This document shows, piece after piece, positions 11,441-24,366 of a stretch of DNA of 64,000 nucleotides. The DNA lies in the NCBI GenBank assembly GCA_963733035.1, contig CAVTBU010000005.1:2048001-2112000 (forward strand), given 5' to 3'. A program made the position numbers and the translations under genes. Below the pieces are notes generated by a model. The model was not told the origin of the DNA. It did no database searches and was given only the letters and a program-made list of their open reading frames with translations. The first letter of the stretch is position 1, and the number at the start of each line of letters is the position of its first letter. The stretch is from Pirellulales bacterium (GTDB lineage: Bacteria > Planctomycetota > Planctomycetia > Pirellulales > PALSA-1355).

Positions 11441-12077
11441 CGGTCTCGTCCTCTTGATACATACCTTGATTGACCCACACCTGGACACCGATGTGTCCCT
11501 GCGGCGTCATGGCTTCGGTAAACCCGTAGTCGATCTTGGCCCGCAAAGTCGACAGCGGAATGGAGCCGGCAATCGCTTTCTCGCGACGCGCCATTTCCGA
11601 ACCGCCAAGTCGACCGGCCAATTGAATCTTGATCCCCTTCGCGCCGGCTTCCATCGTCGATTCCATCGCCCGCTTCATACAGCGGCGGAAGCTGGCTCGC
11701 TTGGCCAACTGCTCGGCGATGTCCTCGGCCACGAGTTGCGCGAACACCTCGGGACGCGAAATCTCTTCGATCTTGATGTTGATGCGGCGGCCGACCAGGT
11801 TCTGCAGTTCATCCTGCAGACGCTCGACCTCTTGACCCTTGCGGCCAATAATGATGCCCGGACGCGCGGTGTGGAGAATCACCTTCACTTCATCGCGAGT
11901 CCGTTCAATCTCGATCTTGGGGATGCCCGCGAACTTGTACTTGCTTTTGACGAACTTGCGGATCTTGCGGTCCTCGAGCAACAGGTTCGCAAACTCCTGC
12001 TTCGAGGCATACCAACGGCTCTTCCAACCGACCATGATGCCGGTGCGAAAGCCGGTAGGGTTGACTTTTTGACCCAT
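11379..12077 (-). CDS. rpsC: 30S ribosomal protein S3
   Basis: [13 protein letters not shown]...[12 protein letters not shown]...[12 protein letters not shown]...[12 protein letters not shown]. Confidence 0.98.
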   Translation of the reverse strand: MGQKVNPTGFRTGIMVGWKSRWYASKQEFANLLLEDRKIRKFVKSKYKFAGIPKIEIERTRDEVKVILHTARPGIIIGRKGQEVERLQDELQNLVGRRINIKIEEISRPEVFAQLVAEDIAEQLAKRASFRRCMKRAMESTMEAGAKGIKIQLAGRLGGSEMARREKAIAGSIPLSTLRAKIDYGFTEAMTPQGHIGVQVWVNQGMYQEDETDGVDAQEGQAPKKPKRTYKR

Positions 12078-12208
12078 GTTTTCACTCGTTTCCGTTGCTC
12101 TGCATCCCGCGGGACGCCAATATTCAGTCCGCTGTCTACTTTTCTTGCGTCGGTTGTCTTTGCTTGAACAACCAAGCCGCTAAGTCAATTACGCTACCGT
12201 GTTTTCAT

Positions 12209-12544
12209 TCAGGCGACGGTGTCGACCGATATTCGAATGTGCGCCATCCGCTTTTTGATCATGAAGGCCATGCCGCGAGCTCGCGGACGAATCCGCTTGA
12301 ACATTGGCCCACCGTCGACGCGTGCATCGACTACCACCAAATCGCTTACGCCAGGGGCACGACGATCCTCGGCATTTCCCAACGCGCTTTTGAGCACCTT
12401 TTCAAGCAACCGCGCACCGCGCTGCGGCTGGTACTTCAGCAGGTCAAGCGCCTCGTCGGCGTGCTTGCCGCGAATCAAATCAGCCAGCGGACGCACTTTG
12501 CGAGCGCTGATCCGAGCGTATTTGTGAACGGCTGTGTAGGCCAT
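12209..12544 (-). CDS. rplV: 50S ribosomal protein L22
   Basis: MAYTAVHKYARISARKVR...VDGGPMFKRIRPRARG. Confidence 0.97.
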   Translation of the reverse strand: MAYTAVHKYARISARKVRPLADLIRGKHADEALDLLKYQPQRGARLLEKVLKSALGNAEDRRAPGVSDLVVVDARVDGGPMFKRIRPRARGMAFMIKKRMAHIRISVDTVA

Positions 12545-12616
12545 TGTGTCGTTCTCTCTCGATTGATCCACAGGCGCCGTCGGCGATGCCCGTGGGCTAA
12601 ACGCAATCCCGCGTGA

Positions 12617-12889
12617 CTACCTCTTGCCGCCCTTGCCGCCATGACCGCGGAAAGTTCGCGTGGGAGCAAACTCGCCGAGCTTGTGGCCGACCATGTCTTC
12701 CGTCACGAACACCTTGATATGCAACTTACCGTTATGCACCATGAACGTGTGCCCAACGAACTCCGGCACGATCGTACAAGCGCGAGCCCAGGTTTTGATC
12801 GGGTCCTTACGCCCATCGCTGGTCATCCGTTCGACCTTGGCGAACAGCTTTGGGGTGACAAACGGGCCCTTTTTTAGTGATCTTCCCAT
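12617..12889 (-). CDS. rpsS: 30S ribosomal protein S19
   Basis: [10 protein letters not shown]...[18 protein letters not shown]. Confidence 0.98.
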   Translation of the reverse strand: MGRSLKKGPFVTPKLFAKVERMTSDGRKDPIKTWARACTIVPEFVGHTFMVHNGKLHIKVFVTEDMVGHKLGEFAPTRTFRGHGGKGGKR

Positions 12890-12961
12890 GGCACTTGCCT
12901 ATCGCAGATTCGATTGCTCTTGTACGACGCACGCACCGACTTACGGCCGGCCAAAGTTCAA

Positions 12962-13819
12962 CTACTGAATCCTCAATTGCCCGTAACGACGCGAACGCCG
13001 GCGACGCACAATCGCGGCATTCGACGGTTTGCGTCGCTTGCGGGTCGAACCACCCTTGGCACTCTGCCCAGTGGGGCTTACTGGATGCCGCCCGCCCTTC
13101 GTGCGTCCTTCGCCACCGCCGTGTGGGTGATCGGTCGGGTTCATGGCGGTGCCACGAACGTGCGGCCGAATTCCCTTCCAGCGATTGCGGCCAGCCTTGC
13201 CAACCACAATCGCGTCGTGCTCGGAATTGCCAATGGCACCCACGGTAGCCCGACAGGCAGCCGGCACGCGGCGGATCTCACCACTTGGCAGGTTAATCTG
13301 CGCCCAGTCCGCCTCACGAGCGGCCAGCGTCGCACTGGTGCCAGCCGACCGGCACAGCACGCCGCCACGCCCAGGCTGCAGCTCGATGTTGTGAATCGCC
13401 ATGCCCAACGGAATGTTTCTCAGCGGGAGGGCATTGCCCACCGACGGCGGAGCATCGGCGCCGCTCACCACTTCGTCTCCCTGCTTTAAGCCATTGGGAG
13501 CCAGGATGTAGCGCTTCTCGCCGTCCACATAGTGCAACAAAGCAATCCGAGCGCTTCGGTTCGGATCATACTCGACGCTGTTCACGCGGGCCGGCACGCC
13601 ATCTTTATTGCGACGAAAGTCAATCAAACGATAACGCTGCTTATGGCCGCCACCGCGATGCCGAGCCGTGATGCGCCCCTGGTTATTCCGGCCGCCGGTC
13701 TTCCTTTTCGGGCGCAACAAGCTTTTTTCTGGCTTGGCCCCCTTGGTGAGGTCGGCGAAGTCGCTAACCGTCGCACCACGGCGCCCGGCTGTCGTCGGCT
13801 TATATCGTCGAATACCCAT
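12962..13819 (-). CDS. rplB: 50S ribosomal protein L2
   Basis: [43 protein letters not shown]. Confidence 0.98.
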   Translation of the reverse strand: MGIRRYKPTTAGRRGATVSDFADLTKGAKPEKSLLRPKRKTGGRNNQGRITARHRGGGHKQRYRLIDFRRNKDGVPARVNSVEYDPNRSARIALLHYVDGEKRYILAPNGLKQGDEVVSGADAPPSVGNALPLRNIPLGMAIHNIELQPGRGGVLCRSAGTSATLAAREADWAQINLPSGEIRRVPAACRATVGAIGNSEHDAIVVGKAGRNRWKGIRPHVRGTAMNPTDHPHGGGEGRTKGGRHPVSPTGQSAKGGSTRKRRKPSNAAIVRRRRSRRYGQLRIQ

Positions 13820-13867
13820 GATGGATCGTCTTTCGATTCGGGGCGGCGAGGCCGCCTCGGTTACTCA

Positions 13868-14188
13868 CTAGAAAAAGTCGATGCGGTGCTCGGAATGCAG
13901 CGTGACGATCGCCTTCTTCCAATCCTTCGTGCGGCCCGAACTAAAACGCGTTCGCCGCGGCTTTCCCTTTCGGTTCTGCGTATGCACACGCAGAACTTTC
14001 ACATTAAACAACTCCTCGACCGCCCGCCGCACGTCGCTCTTGGTTGCCAATCGGCTAACCTCAAACGCATAGGCATTGTGGCGCGTCGAACGATGCATTC
14101 CCTTTTCAGTCACCAGCGGACGCAGAATCACCTGGTGCGGCGCCAGAAACGGTTCAGCAGGCGTGATAGTGTCGGTGGCCATCGCCAT
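13868..14188 (-). CDS. rplW: 50S ribosomal protein L23
   Basis: ILRPLVTEK...AVEELFNVKV...WKKAIVTL. Confidence 0.97.
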   Translation of the reverse strand: MAMATDTITPAEPFLAPHQVILRPLVTEKGMHRSTRHNAYAFEVSRLATKSDVRRAVEELFNVKVLRVHTQNRKGKPRRTRFSSGRTKDWKKAIVTLHSEHRIDFF

Positions 14189-14199
14189 GATTCCCTCTA

Positions 14200-14853
14200 T
14201 TACTTCGCATCCGTGTCGGCCGATTTCGCCTGGCCCTTGGCCCGCACAGCTTCAAGCGCCGCCTTGGTCATCAGCACCCGCCTGGGCTGCAACAACACCA
14301 AGGCATTCAAGCCGTCAACCGGCGAGACCGTCACCCGGTCGATATTGCGGGCACTCTTGAAGACATTCACATCATGTTCGGCCGTGGTGACCAACAGGCT
14401 GTCGCCAGAGATCCTCAAGGCCTTGAGAATGGCAGCCATATCCTTGGTCTTGGGCGCGTCGAACTTCAAATCATCGATCAGCATCACTTCGTCGTCGCGA
14501 ATCTTCGCCGCCAGCGCCATCCGAGTAGCCAACTGCACGGCCTTACGAGGCAGGCGATAGACCCAATTTCGCGGACGCTTTGCAAAAATATGTCCGCCAC
14601 CACGGCGAATACCGCTGCGACGTGAACCGGCACGGGCATTGCCCGTCCCCTTTTGACGGTACATCTTCTGCGTTGAACCGGCCACTTCAGCCCGACTCTT
14701 CGTGCGAACCGTGCCCTGCCGCAGATTCGACTGGTACATGACCACCACATCGTGCAGCAATTGCTTGCTGATGCGCGGCACCAAGTCCGTGGGCTCAATC
14801 TCGTAGCTGCCCACCGATTTGCCGGTCCGGTCGTATACGGTCAAACTTGCCAT
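14200..14853 (-). CDS. rplD: 50S ribosomal protein L4
   Basis: TKSRAEVAGS...YRQKGTGNARAGSRRSGIRRGGG...SARNI. Confidence 0.97.
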   Translation of the reverse strand: MASLTVYDRTGKSVGSYEIEPTDLVPRISKQLLHDVVVMYQSNLRQGTVRTKSRAEVAGSTQKMYRQKGTGNARAGSRRSGIRRGGGHIFAKRPRNWVYRLPRKAVQLATRMALAAKIRDDEVMLIDDLKFDAPKTKDMAAILKALRISGDSLLVTTAEHDVNVFKSARNIDRVTVSPVDGLNALVLLQPRRVLMTKAALEAVRAKGQAKSADTDAK

Positions 14854-14917
14854 TACTGTTTTTCCTGTCGGCCACAAGCCGTCGAACTGCCGGGCCACCA
14901 GGGGCCCACCGGGATGC

Positions 14918-15604
14918 TTACAACTTGTTCGTTTCCTTGATCACCACGTACCCGCCGTTCGGCCCAGGAACCGCGCCGCGGATCAAAAGCAGATTATTCT
15001 CGGCATCGACTCGCACGAGCACCACGTTTCGCATCGTGCTCTTCTCGTTGCCATAGCGACCGGCCATCCGCCGACCTTTCGGCACGCGGCCAGGAAACTG
15101 ACTCTGACCGATCGAGCCGCAATGACGGTGTACCTTCTTGACGCCGTGCGTAGCCCGCTGGCCCCGATAGTTGTGCCGCACCATCACGCCCGCGGTACCG
15201 CGACCCTTGGTAGTGCCGACAACGTCAACACGCTTGATTTCGGCGAACTGAGTGACATCCAGCGTCTGGCCGACCTCGGCACCCTCGAATGCGCCACGCA
15301 TTTCGCGAACGAAACGCTGTGGTTCGCAGTCAGCCTTAGAGAGAGGCTCGACCCCCGCCTTGCCGCGGGCCTTCGAGCGCTTGCTGTCAAGCTTGGCAAC
15401 GTGACCACGAGTACTGCGACTAGCCAACCGACGGGGCATATCATCGAAGCCCAACTGCACGGCTTCGTACCCATCTCGATCCTTCGTGCGGACCTGCAAG
15501 ACGTGACAGGGACCGGCCTGAATTACGGTCACCGGCACCACGTTGCCGCCTTCGTCAAAAACTTGCGTCATCCCGACCTTGCGGCCGAGCAGTCCGATTG
15601 CCAT
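14918..15604 (-). CDS. rplC: 50S ribosomal protein L3
   Basis: GLLGRKVGMTQVF...DGYEAVQLG...GTTKGRG...GAVPGPNG. Confidence 0.97.
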   Translation of the reverse strand: MAIGLLGRKVGMTQVFDEGGNVVPVTVIQAGPCHVLQVRTKDRDGYEAVQLGFDDMPRRLASRSTRGHVAKLDSKRSKARGKAGVEPLSKADCEPQRFVREMRGAFEGAEVGQTLDVTQFAEIKRVDVVGTTKGRGTAGVMVRHNYRGQRATHGVKKVHRHCGSIGQSQFPGRVPKGRRMAGRYGNEKSTMRNVVLVRVDAENNLLLIRGAVPGPNGGYVVIKETNKL

Positions 15605-15785
15605 CGCAGTATTTCCTGTGGTCGGTTGCCGGCCAGTAGTCGCAGCCAAAAGGGGCCGCGCTTTACCCGCCGAGCTTCCAGTGCATAGGAGAATCCAAAA
15701 AGTCCCGCGGCATCAGAAGACCGCCCGCCAAGTGCCACCTGGACGAGCGATTGCCGCAATCAGTTCAAATCGTTCGTATTCCCGC

Positions 15786-16121
15786 CTAGTGCCTGCTGGA
15801 GGCCTTGATCTTGATGTCCACGCCAGCCGGTAGACTGAGCTTATTGAGCGCCTCGATCGTCTTGGCCGTGGCCTGCACGATGTCGATCAACCGCTTATGC
15901 GTGCGGATCTCAAACTGCTGCCGTGCCTTCCGGTCGATATGCGGACCACTCAACACGGTGTATCGCTCAATTCGCGTCGGCAGCGGAATCGGCCCATGAA
16001 CCTCGGAATTCGTCCGCTTGGCCGTATCCACGATTTCCGCGGCACTCTGATCGAGCACCGAGTGATCGTAAGCTTCCATGCGGATGCGAATGATTTCTTG
16101 CGTATGACCCGCCACCAGCAC
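15786..16121 (-). CDS. rpsJ: 30S ribosomal protein S10
   Basis: [14 protein letters not shown]...GPIPLPT...[15 protein letters not shown]...[10 protein letters not shown]. Confidence 0.97.
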   Translation of the reverse strand: MLVAGHTQEIIRIRMEAYDHSVLDQSAAEIVDTAKRTNSEVHGPIPLPTRIERYTVLSGPHIDRKARQQFEIRTHKRLIDIVQATAKTIEALNKLSLPAGVDIKIKASSRH

Positions 16122-16209
16122 GCTCCCGACTGCGTAAAAAGGCCCCCGGTGATCGAGGGCCGTTAACTCCTGCTCCCACCACTCGTTTCACCAAGTGGGC
16201 AAACCACGA

Positions 16210-16238
16210 ATATTAAGGCCTGGAGAGAAAGCTGTCAA
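16210..16238 (-). promoter_or_regulatory. Putative sigma-70 promoter of the S10 operon
   Basis: Minus strand TTGACA-N17-TAATAT about 90 nt upstream of rpsJ. Confidence 0.7.
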
Positions 16239-16422
16239 CAGGCTCCGGCGCGGATTGCCTTGCGACGGTGTCTGGCGGCAATGGTGGCTGGCCGCGGACG
16301 GCAATCTGGCGGAATTGATGCGATTCTACCCCCCGTGCCGTTGGTCAATTCGCCCGCCGGGCACCTGCTAGCGGGAGTTTCCGCCCCTTCCAGGACGTCG
16401 CCCGAACGATGCATCCTCCCGG

Positions 16423-18496
16423 CTACACGAACGCTTCGGCAACTTCCTGGGGGGCTGGTCCATAGGCAGCCGGCTCCATCGTGGCGGTTGCCCGACCTTG
16501 GCTCAATCCGCGCATGGCGCATCGAATAGCCGAACAGGCTGGCCAGTGGTGCCTCGGCGTCGATCACGACGTTCTTGCCGCGATGTTGTGTCTCGTTGAT
16601 GATCGCTCGCCGCTGCTGCAGATCGTTGATGAAGTCGCCGAGGTTTTCCTCGGGAGTCGTGATCTGCAGTTTCATGATCGGCTCGAGCAACACGGCGCCG
16701 GCCGCTTTCAACGCCCGATTGAAGGCATCGGCCGAGGCAAAGCGGAAGGCGATCTCGCTGGAATCGGTTTCATGAACGACACCCCCGATCACGGTCACTT
16801 TGACCCGCATGAGCGGGCAGCCCAGCAGGCCGCCACCTTGTCCTTCGTCAGTGAGCGCGTCGATCACGGTGGAAAGATAAGGTTCGGGCAGCACGTCGCC
16901 CCGAGCCGGCACCACCACGACGCCACTCCCGCCTTGCGAATAGGGTTCGATGCGAATCGTTACTTCGGCGCTCATCGACTGGCCGCCCTGCTGACGATGA
17001 CAAGTGCCGGTAACCTCGGCCGCCTTTTCCACCGTCTCGCGATAGCTGACCCGCGGCTTGTGCACGCGGACGTTCAAGTTGTAGTCTCGGAGCAGGCGAT
17101 GCTTGATCACTTCCAGATGCAACTCACCCATCCCGCTGATCAACGTTTGGCCCGTTTCTTCGTTCTCTTGAGCGCGGAACGTTGGGTCTTGTCGCTTCAT
17201 CATCTCGAGCACGTCGGCAAGTTTTTTTCGCTCGGTCGACGATTCGGGCTCGATCGCCATGGCGATCACCGTTTCAGGAAATTGAATCGTTTCCAGCAAA
17301 ATCGGGTGCTGCGGATCGCAGAGCGTATCGCCTGTGATCGAATGTCGCAGGCCAATGATACCGACGATATCGCCGGCACCGACCGAGGGAACCTGCTCCT
17401 GGCGGTCGGCTTGAATGTGCCAAAGCTGGGGAACGTTTTCTTTTTTGTCCTTGCCGGGGTTGAGCACGCGGCTGTTGGCCTTGAGTTGCCCTGAGTAGAC
17501 ACGGACATAGTGCAGGTCGCCGGTGCGGCGAGCGTCGATCTTGAATACGAGCGCGCAGAACGGCTCATTGATCGCCGGCTTGCGAGTCAGCTTGACGTCT
17601 GGCTTTTTCGGGTCGACGCCCTCGACCGGAGGCACGTCGGCAGGGCTGGGCAAATACAAATTGACGCCATCGAGCAGCGGTTGAATGCCGACGTGATCGA
17701 GTGCCGACCCACACATCACCGGCACGATGAGCCGCATGAGCGTCGCTTCGCGGAGCACGCGACGAATCAGGTCGGCCGGTACCGGCTCCTTTTCCAGGAA
17801 CAGCTCGGCGATCTCATTGCTGTATTCAAATAACTTCTCCAGCAGTTCACCGCGCCATAACTCGGCCAGGTCTTTTAAGTCGTCAGGAATCGGCTCGCGA
17901 CGAAACTCCGCACCGAGCTTCTCTTCATCGAACGTCAGGTACTCCATGTCGACCAGGTCGATGATGCCACGGAAGCGATCCTGTACGTGCGGTGGCCCGG
18001 CGCCGGCCGGATACTGGATCGCCACTGGATTGGCTTCCAACCGGTCGCGAATCTCATTGAACGTCGACTCAAAGTCGGCTCCCTCGCGGTCCAATTTGTT
18101 GATGAAGGCGATCCGCGGCACGCGATACTTGTCTGCCTGTCGCCAGACCGTCTCGCTTTGGGCCTCGACGCCCTCGCGGGCACTGAATACCACAACTCCG
18201 CCGTCGAGGACGCGCAGGCTCCGCTCGACTTCGGCGGTGAAGTCGACGTGTCCGGGCGTATCAATCAGGTTGATCGTGCAATCTCGCCAAGGAAAACTCA
18301 CTGCGGCGGCGCGAATGGTGATCCCGCGTTGCTGTTCCTCGGGATCGAAGTCGGTGACGGTGGTACCTTTGTCGACTTCGCCCATCCGGTGGCTCGCACC
18401 GCTGTAATACAGCATCCGCTCGGTGACGGTGGTCTTGCCGGCATCGATGTGGGCAATAATGCCGATGTTACGCGTATGAATGATTGTGTGTTCCAT
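16423..18496 (-). CDS. fusA: Elongation factor G; one extra base near 16521
   Basis: AHIDAGKTT, RGITI, DTPGHVDF, NKLD, SGMGELHLE. Removing one base after LFGYS restores SAMRGLSQGRATATMEP...AFV* ending at 16423 (span 2074 nt = 3n+1). Confidence 0.94.
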
Positions 18497-18827
18497 GGGT
18501 GGTCCAATCGCCGTGAGCTAACGGTCCATTGAAAAATGCCGTCGCGGCAACTTTTCAACCTCGCCCAGTGCGGTGCCAATTCCCGCACGCAAGCACAAGA
18601 TAGCGAATTATGTCGCGATCTTGTCATCGTATCCCTGCGATGAGACAGGCGCATCGAATTCTGCAACCGACTGCTCAGTTACCGAAGGCCGCCAGGCGAG
18701 TTTGCGGCTCAGCGGGTGTGAATCCAGACGCTGGCTTCCGTATTGTTGCCAAGTGGTGGGCGCAGAGCAACGCCGCGCCACAGGAAGTCTCCCCTGATGC
18801 GCGGCGCAAGCGTATTCGGATCCAAAC

Positions 18828-19298
18828 TTACCAGGCAAAGTGCGCGAATGCCTTGTTGGCATCGGCCATGCGATGGACGTTTTCGCGACGCGAAATCGCG
18901 GTGCCTTCCTTCTTATAGGCAGCGATCAGTTCTTCGGCCAGCTTCTCGTGCGTGGCACGGCCCTTTCGCTCGCGAACAGCCATTAGCAGCCAACGAATGG
19001 CGAGCGATTGCTGCCGGGGGCGATTGACCTGCATTGGCACCTGATAAGCGGCACCACCGACGCGCTTCGAGCGAACTTCAATGGCTGGCTTTACATTTTC
19101 CACGGCCTGGGTAAAGACCTCGATCGGTTCAGCATCGCCGATTTTTTTCTCAATGATGCCCAACGCATCGTAGAAGACCTTTTGCGCGGTGGCCTTCTTG
19201 CCGTCATGCATCAAGCAGTTGATGAACTTGCTAGCCAGCATCGAATCGTGCCGAGGATCCGGCGACAGTTGCTTGCGGCTGGCGGTAATGCGACCCAT
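18828..19298 (-). CDS. rpsG: 30S ribosomal protein S7
   Basis: [12 protein letters not shown]...[15 protein letters not shown]...[15 protein letters not shown]. Confidence 0.98.
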   Translation of the reverse strand: MGRITASRKQLSPDPRHDSMLASKFINCLMHDGKKATAQKVFYDALGIIEKKIGDAEPIEVFTQAVENVKPAIEVRSKRVGGAAYQVPMQVNRPRQQSLAIRWLLMAVRERKGRATHEKLAEELIAAYKKEGTAISRRENVHRMADANKAFAHFAW

Positions 19299-19351
19299 GG
19301 TTGGCTTGCTTCCGTCTAGAACTGGACTGTGTAATGCGCGTGACGTCGTTT

Positions 19352-19720
19352 CTACGACTTCTTCGCCCCGTATAGGCTGCGTGACTGCTTGCGGCCATCA
19401 ACCCCCAATGTATCCAAGGCACCACGGACCACGTGGTAGCGCACGCCCGGCAAATCTCGCACGCGGCCGCCACGCACCAACACGATCGAGTGTTCTTGCA
19501 ACGTGTGGCCCTCACCGGGAATATAAACGGTCACTTCCTTGCCATTGCTCAGCCGCACGCGGGCAATTTTCCGCATCGCTGAGTTCGGCTTCTTGGGCGT
19601 CATCGTCTTGACCTGCAGGCAGACACCGCGCCGCTGCGGACACCTGTCCAAGACCGGCGACTTGCTGAATTTGCGCGGCTGTTTACGACGCTTCCGCACC
19701 AGTTGATTAATGGTCGGCAT
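19352..19720 (-). CDS. rpsL: 30S ribosomal protein S12
   Basis: [10 protein letters not shown]...[11 protein letters not shown]...[14 protein letters not shown]. Confidence 0.98.
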   Translation of the reverse strand: MPTINQLVRKRRKQPRKFSKSPVLDRCPQRRGVCLQVKTMTPKKPNSAMRKIARVRLSNGKEVTVYIPGEGHTLQEHSIVLVRGGRVRDLPGVRYHVVRGALDTLGVDGRKQSRSLYGAKKS

Positions 19721-19773
19721 GAAGGACCCGCTATTCCACTACGAGATCAGTACTTAAGGGTTGTGAATCCTCC

Positions 19774-19801
19774 AATTTAGCGATTCACCGGAGGGTGTCA
19801 A
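19774..19801 (-). promoter_or_regulatory. Putative sigma-70 promoter of the rpsL-rpsG-fusA operon
   Basis: Minus strand TTGACA-N16-TAAATT about 55 nt upstream of rpsL. Confidence 0.6.
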
Positions 19802-19947
19802 GCGGGGAATTGTTGCCTGAAACCGTGCGACGAAGGCCGTCGTCCGGTCGCCCAGCATCGACAACACTCCCGACCGTCCTTCGAACGATGAACAAGCCGG
19901 TCGGCTGGAGGCGAGCCGCCTGGCAAACCTTGTATTCGCCGCCATCA

Positions 19948-19988
19948 ACAAAACCGGGGCGCAACTTCAGCGAGCAAGTTGCGCCCCG
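19948..19988 (-). terminator. Intrinsic terminator after rpoC
   Basis: Perfect 13-bp stem CGGGGCGCAACTT (19955-19967) / AAGTTGCGCCCCG (19976-19988), 8-nt loop, followed by GTTTTGTT on the minus strand. Confidence 0.75.
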
Positions 19989-20016
19989 TTTGCTTTACGG
20001 AATACAAAAAGTCCGA

Positions 20017-23000
20017 CTATTCGCTGGCCGGCGGCTGCGGTTCGTTTTCGCCCAGCAGCGCCTCCAGCGACTTGTCGGGAGCCGGCTCGCTGCTCGGACC
20101 GCCGTTGGTCGATTCGCCGTCCCCCTCCACACCGTCGAGCAGTGGGAAGCTGCGCGACAGCACGCGGTCTTTCTCGGCCTGCAGCGCTTCGAGCGCTTGT
20201 GGTCGGATACGGACTTCCGAATCCTGGAAGATCTTGAAACCCGTGCCGGCCGGCACCAAGTGACCCAAGATCACGTTTTCCTTCAGTCCCACCAAATTAT
20301 CGACCTTGCCGGCCAAGGCTGCTTCGGTGAGCACTTTGGTGGTTTCCTGGAAACTGGCCGCCGAGATGAAGCTCGAACTCTGCACCGAGGCCTTGGTGAT
20401 ACCCAGCAATTGGGTGCTGGCCGTGGCAGGCTTGGGCTTGGTGCCCTTGGCTGCCTCGCCACCGAGCGCCTCGATCTGAGCATTTACCTGCTCCAGAGCG
20501 TCCTTGGGGACAATCGTGCCTTCGGCAAAATCGCTGTCTCCCTTGTGCGAGATCTTCACGCACTTGCTCAGTTCCTGGTTGGCCAGGCGGAACTCGAACT
20601 TGTCGAGCACGCTACCCGGCAACAAGGTCGTGTCGCCGGGCGTCTCGATCTTCACCTTCCGCAACATCTGCGTGACGATGATCTCGATGTGCTTGTCGTC
20701 AATTTCCACTCGTTGACTGCGATAGACATTCTGGATTTCGCGAGTCAAGTATTGCTGAACGGCTTCTTCTCCACTGATCCGCAAAATATCGTGTGGCACG
20801 AGAGGCCCGTCGACCAGCGCCTCGCCGGCCCGCACGAAGTCACTGGCGTGCACACGCAAATGCTTGCCGTGAGCCACCAGGTGTTCGCGCTCAATTCCGC
20901 TTTCGCTACGGACGATGATCGTTCGCTTGCCCCGCCGCTTTTCGCCGAGGAGTTCCACGGTACCGTCGATTTCGGCGATCACGGCCGGCTCTTTTGGCTT
21001 GCGGGCTTCGAAGATTTCAGTCACACGCGGCAAACCACCGGTGATATCCTGTGTACCGGACACTTCACGGGGTGTCTTGGCCAGCAGAGTGCCGGCTTTG
21101 ATGATCGCACCCTCGGTGACTTCAATGTGCGCCTTTTCGGGTAGATAGTAGAAGTCGAGAATCTTTCCTGACTCGTCTTCCAAGACGACCTGCGGATGGA
21201 AGTCGCCCTTGTGCTCCATGATCAGACGGCGCTGGTGACCGCTGGGGTCCTTTTCCAGTCGCATGGTCTCGCCCTGGATCACATCCTCGTAGCGGACCTT
21301 GCCACCCACCTCGGCCAAAATCGGAATACTGTGAGGATCCCACTGGCAGAGAGCCTGCCCCGGTTTGACCTCTTGGTTTTCGTCGACCATCAGGTACGAT
21401 CCCGCGGGCACTTCGTACTTCTCTAGCTCACGACCCTTCGGATCGAGCACCGAGATTTCGCCGTTTCGCGTGAGCACCACCTGCTGACCTTCGTCGTTGC
21501 GGACGACTTTCAGGCGGGTGAACTTCACGACGCCGTCCTTCTTGCTGCGAATTTCGCTTTCTTCGACGGCGCGGGCCGCGGTACCACCGATGTGGAACGT
21601 CCGCATCGTAAGCTGCGTGCCCGGTTCGCCGATGCTCTGGGCGGCGATGATGCCCACGGCCATGCCTTCTTCGACCATCGAACCAGTCGAAAGGTCCATT
21701 CCGTAGCACCGCCGACAAATCCCCAGCGGAGCGTCGCAGGTCATGGGACTGCGAACCTGGATCTTTTCCAGACCCAGTTCCTCGATCCGACGGGCAATAG
21801 CATTGGTGATCATTTCGTTTTCACGAACGATCACTTCGTCGGTGATCGGGTTGACGATGTTAGCGCGGCTGACGCGGCCACGAATCGAATCGGCCAACCG
21901 CACTTCCACTTTTTCGCCGCGATAGATCACGCCCTTGGTGATACCTTGGGTTGTACCGCAATCTTCCATCGTGATCACGACGTTCTGGGCCACGTCGGCC
22001 AGTTTACGCGTGAGGTAACCCGAGTCGGCGGTCTTGAGGGCCGTGTCGGCCAGCCCTTTACGGGCACCATGCGTGGAGCTGAAGTATTCGAGCACCGAAA
22101 GGCCTTCGCGGAAATTGGCTTTAATCGGCGTTTCGATAATCTTGCCCGAAGGCTTGGCCATCAAACCACGCATGCCAGCAAGCTGACGAATCTGTTCAAC
22201 ACCACCTCGGGCACCGGAGTGCGCCATCAGGTAGATCGGGTTCACGTATCCCGGCCTGCGATAGTCGTTTTCCAACTCGGCCATCATCTCGGTCGTGATT
22301 CGCTCGCGGGCGTGCGTCCAGGCATCCAGGACCTGGTTGTAGCGTTCGCCCTCGGTGATGATGCCGCGCTGATAGAGCTTGAGAATCTTCAGCACGCTTT
22401 TCTCGGCGTCGGTGATGATGCGGGCCTTGGTCGGCGGCGTGATGAGGTCGTCGGTGGCGAACGACAGACCACTATGCGTGCTCTGGCGGAAGCCCAATCG
22501 ATTCATGTCATCGAGCAGGTCGATCGTCTTGCGGCGACCGAGAATCTGGTAGCAGTCTGAAATAACCTTGGCGAGTTCACTCGACCGCATCGCCAAGTTG
22601 TAGAACGGCATGCCGTCGGGGAGCGTCATGTTGAACAGCACGCGGCCGACCGCGGTATCAATGAGCACGCCTGGTTCGGCGTTCTCACCGTCGCTCTTGA
22701 GCGCGCGGTTCGGCGGCAACTTGACCTTGATGCGTGCGTGCGTGTCTACGGCACCCAAGGAATAGGCCAACTGCACCTCATCGAGCGACGCGAAGACCAT
22801 GCCCTCCCCCTTGCGGCCGGGAAGCGAGATCGTCACGTAGTAACAACCCATGACCACGTCTTGCGACGGACTAATGATCGGCGCGCCATTTGACGGGCTG
22901 AAGATGTTGTTGGTCGACATCATCAACGTGTGCGCTTCGACCTGGGCTTCGATCGACAGTGGCAGATGGACGGCCATCTGGTCGCCGTCGAAGTCGGCAT

Positions 23001-24366
23001 TGAAACCCTTGCACACCAGCGGGTGCAGTCGAATGGCGTTGCCTTCCACGAGCGTGGGTTCGAAGGCCTGGATGCCCATACGATGCAGCGTGGGAGCGCG
23101 ATTGAGCAGCACGGGGTGATTGCGAATCACCTCCTCGAGGATATCCCATACTTCCTCGTCCTTGCGCTCCAGCATCTTCTTAGCGCTCTTGATGGTGTCG
23201 GCGTGACCCAGATCCTTGAGTCGGCGAATGATAAACGGCTGGAATAGTTCCAGCGCGATTTTCTTCGGCAGGCCGCATTCGTGCAGCCGCAGGTTCGGAC
23301 CGACGACGATCACGCTACGGGCCGAGTAGTCCACGCGCTTGCCGAGCAGGTTCTCGCGGAAGCGGCCCTGCTTGCCCTTGATCATGTCGGTGAGCGACTT
23401 GAGCGGGCGATTGCTCGAGCCAAGCACCGGGCGCTTGCAGCGATTGTTATCGAAGAGAGCGTCAACCGACTGCTGCAGCATCCGTTTCTCGTTGCGGATA
23501 ATGACTTCCGGCGCGTTCAGGTCGACGAGCTTCTTGAGGCGGTTGTTGCGGTTGATTATTCGCCGATAGAGGTCGTTCAGATCGCTTGTGGCAAAGTTGC
23601 CCGAATCCAACAATACCAGCGGCCGCAGGTCGGGCGGAATCACCGGGATCACGTCGAGCACCATCCACTCGGGCTTGTTGTCCGAATCGCGAATGGCTTC
23701 GACGATTTTCAGCCGGTTGATCAAGTCCTTCGCTTTTTGCTTGGAGCCGGTCTCGACGAGCTCGGTGCGGAGGTCCTTCGACAATTGCACCAGGTCGAGA
23801 TCCATCAGCAGCTTACGGACCGCCTCGGCGCCCATGTCGGCTTCGAACGCACCTTCGCCGTATTGTTCGCGGGCGGAGCGGTATTCCTCTTCGGTGAGCA
23901 GCTGTTGCTTTTTGAGCGCCGTATCGCCGGCACTGGTGACCACGTAATCCTGGAAGTAGATCACTTTCTCCAGGCTGGTGGTTTTCATCGAGAGCAGGTT
24001 GCCCAGGCGGCTGGGCATGGCCTTAAAGAACCAGATGTGCACGACCGGCGCGGCCAGTTCGATATGACCCATGCGCTTGCGGCGGACACGGCTATGCGTC
24101 ACCTTGACGCCACAGCGGTCGCAGATCATGCCCTTGTACTTCATCCCGCGGTACTTGCCACAGGCACACTCCCAGTCCTTTTCGGGTCCGAAAATGCGTT
24201 CGCAGAACAGGCCGTCCTTTTCGGGGCGGTAGGTGCGGTAATTGATCGTCTCGGGCTTTTTGACCTCGCCAAACGACCAGCTACGAATGTCGTGTGGCCG
24301 GGCCAGGCTGATCTTCACCGACGTGTAGTCGTTGATCCGATCGTAGGAGCTTTCGCCGATACTCAC
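20017..24366 (-). CDS. rpoC: DNA-directed RNA polymerase subunit beta'
   Basis: [12 protein letters not shown] catalytic motif, N-terminal Zn ribbon, [13 protein letters not shown]; 1449 aa. Confidence 0.99.
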   Translation of the reverse strand: MSIGESSYDRINDYTSVKISLARPHDIRSWSFGEVKKPETINYRTYRPEKDGLFCERIFGPEKDWECACGKYRGMKYKGMICDRCGVKVTHSRVRRKRMGHIELAAPVVHIWFFKAMPSRLGNLLSMKTTSLEKVIYFQDYVVTSAGDTALKKQQLLTEEEYRSAREQYGEGAFEADMGAEAVRKLLMDLDLVQLSKDLRTELVETGSKQKAKDLINRLKIVEAIRDSDNKPEWMVLDVIPVIPPDLRPLVLLDSGNFATSDLNDLYRRIINRNNRLKKLVDLNAPEVIIRNEKRMLQQSVDALFDNNRCKRPVLGSSNRPLKSLTDMIKGKQGRFRENLLGKRVDYSARSVIVVGPNLRLHECGLPKKIALELFQPFIIRRLKDLGHADTIKSAKKMLERKDEEVWDILEEVIRNHPVLLNRAPTLHRMGIQAFEPTLVEGNAIRLHPLVCKGFNADFDGDQMAVHLPLSIEAQVEAHTLMMSTNNIFSPSNGAPIISPSQDVVMGCYYVTISLPGRKGEGMVFASLDEVQLAYSLGAVDTHARIKVKLPPNRALKSDGENAEPGVLIDTAVGRVLFNMTLPDGMPFYNLAMRSSELAKVISDCYQILGRRKTIDLLDDMNRLGFRQSTHSGLSFATDDLITPPTKARIITDAEKSVLKILKLYQRGIITEGERYNQVLDAWTHARERITTEMMAELENDYRRPGYVNPIYLMAHSGARGGVEQIRQLAGMRGLMAKPSGKIIETPIKANFREGLSVLEYFSSTHGARKGLADTALKTADSGYLTRKLADVAQNVVITMEDCGTTQGITKGVIYRGEKVEVRLADSIRGRVSRANIVNPITDEVIVRENEMITNAIARRIEELGLEKIQVRSPMTCDAPLGICRRCYGMDLSTGSMVEEGMAVGIIAAQSIGEPGTQLTMRTFHIGGTAARAVEESEIRSKKDGVVKFTRLKVVRNDEGQQVVLTRNGEISVLDPKGRELEKYEVPAGSYLMVDENQEVKPGQALCQWDPHSIPILAEVGGKVRYEDVIQGETMRLEKDPSGHQRRLIMEHKGDFHPQVVLEDESGKILDFYYLPEKAHIEVTEGAIIKAGTLLAKTPREVSGTQDITGGLPRVTEIFEARKPKEPAVIAEIDGTVELLGEKRRGKRTIIVRSESGIEREHLVAHGKHLRVHASDFVRAGEALVDGPLVPHDILRISGEEAVQQYLTREIQNVYRSQRVEIDDKHIEIIVTQMLRKVKIETPGDTTLLPGSVLDKFEFRLANQELSKCVKISHKGDSDFAEGTIVPKDALEQVNAQIEALGGEAAKGTKPKPATASTQLLGITKASVQSSSFISAASFQETTKVLTEAALAGKVDNLVGLKENVILGHLVPAGTGFKIFQDSEVRIRPQALEALQAEKDRVLSRSFPLLDGVEGDGESTNGGPSSEPAPDKSLEALLGENEPQPPASE

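Noticed and set aside
16235..16520. EF-G with a novel 95-aa C-terminal tail
   Set aside because: The normal EF-G end (..SQGRA..MEP..) is in the adjacent frame, and the extended ORF would run into the S10 promoter.
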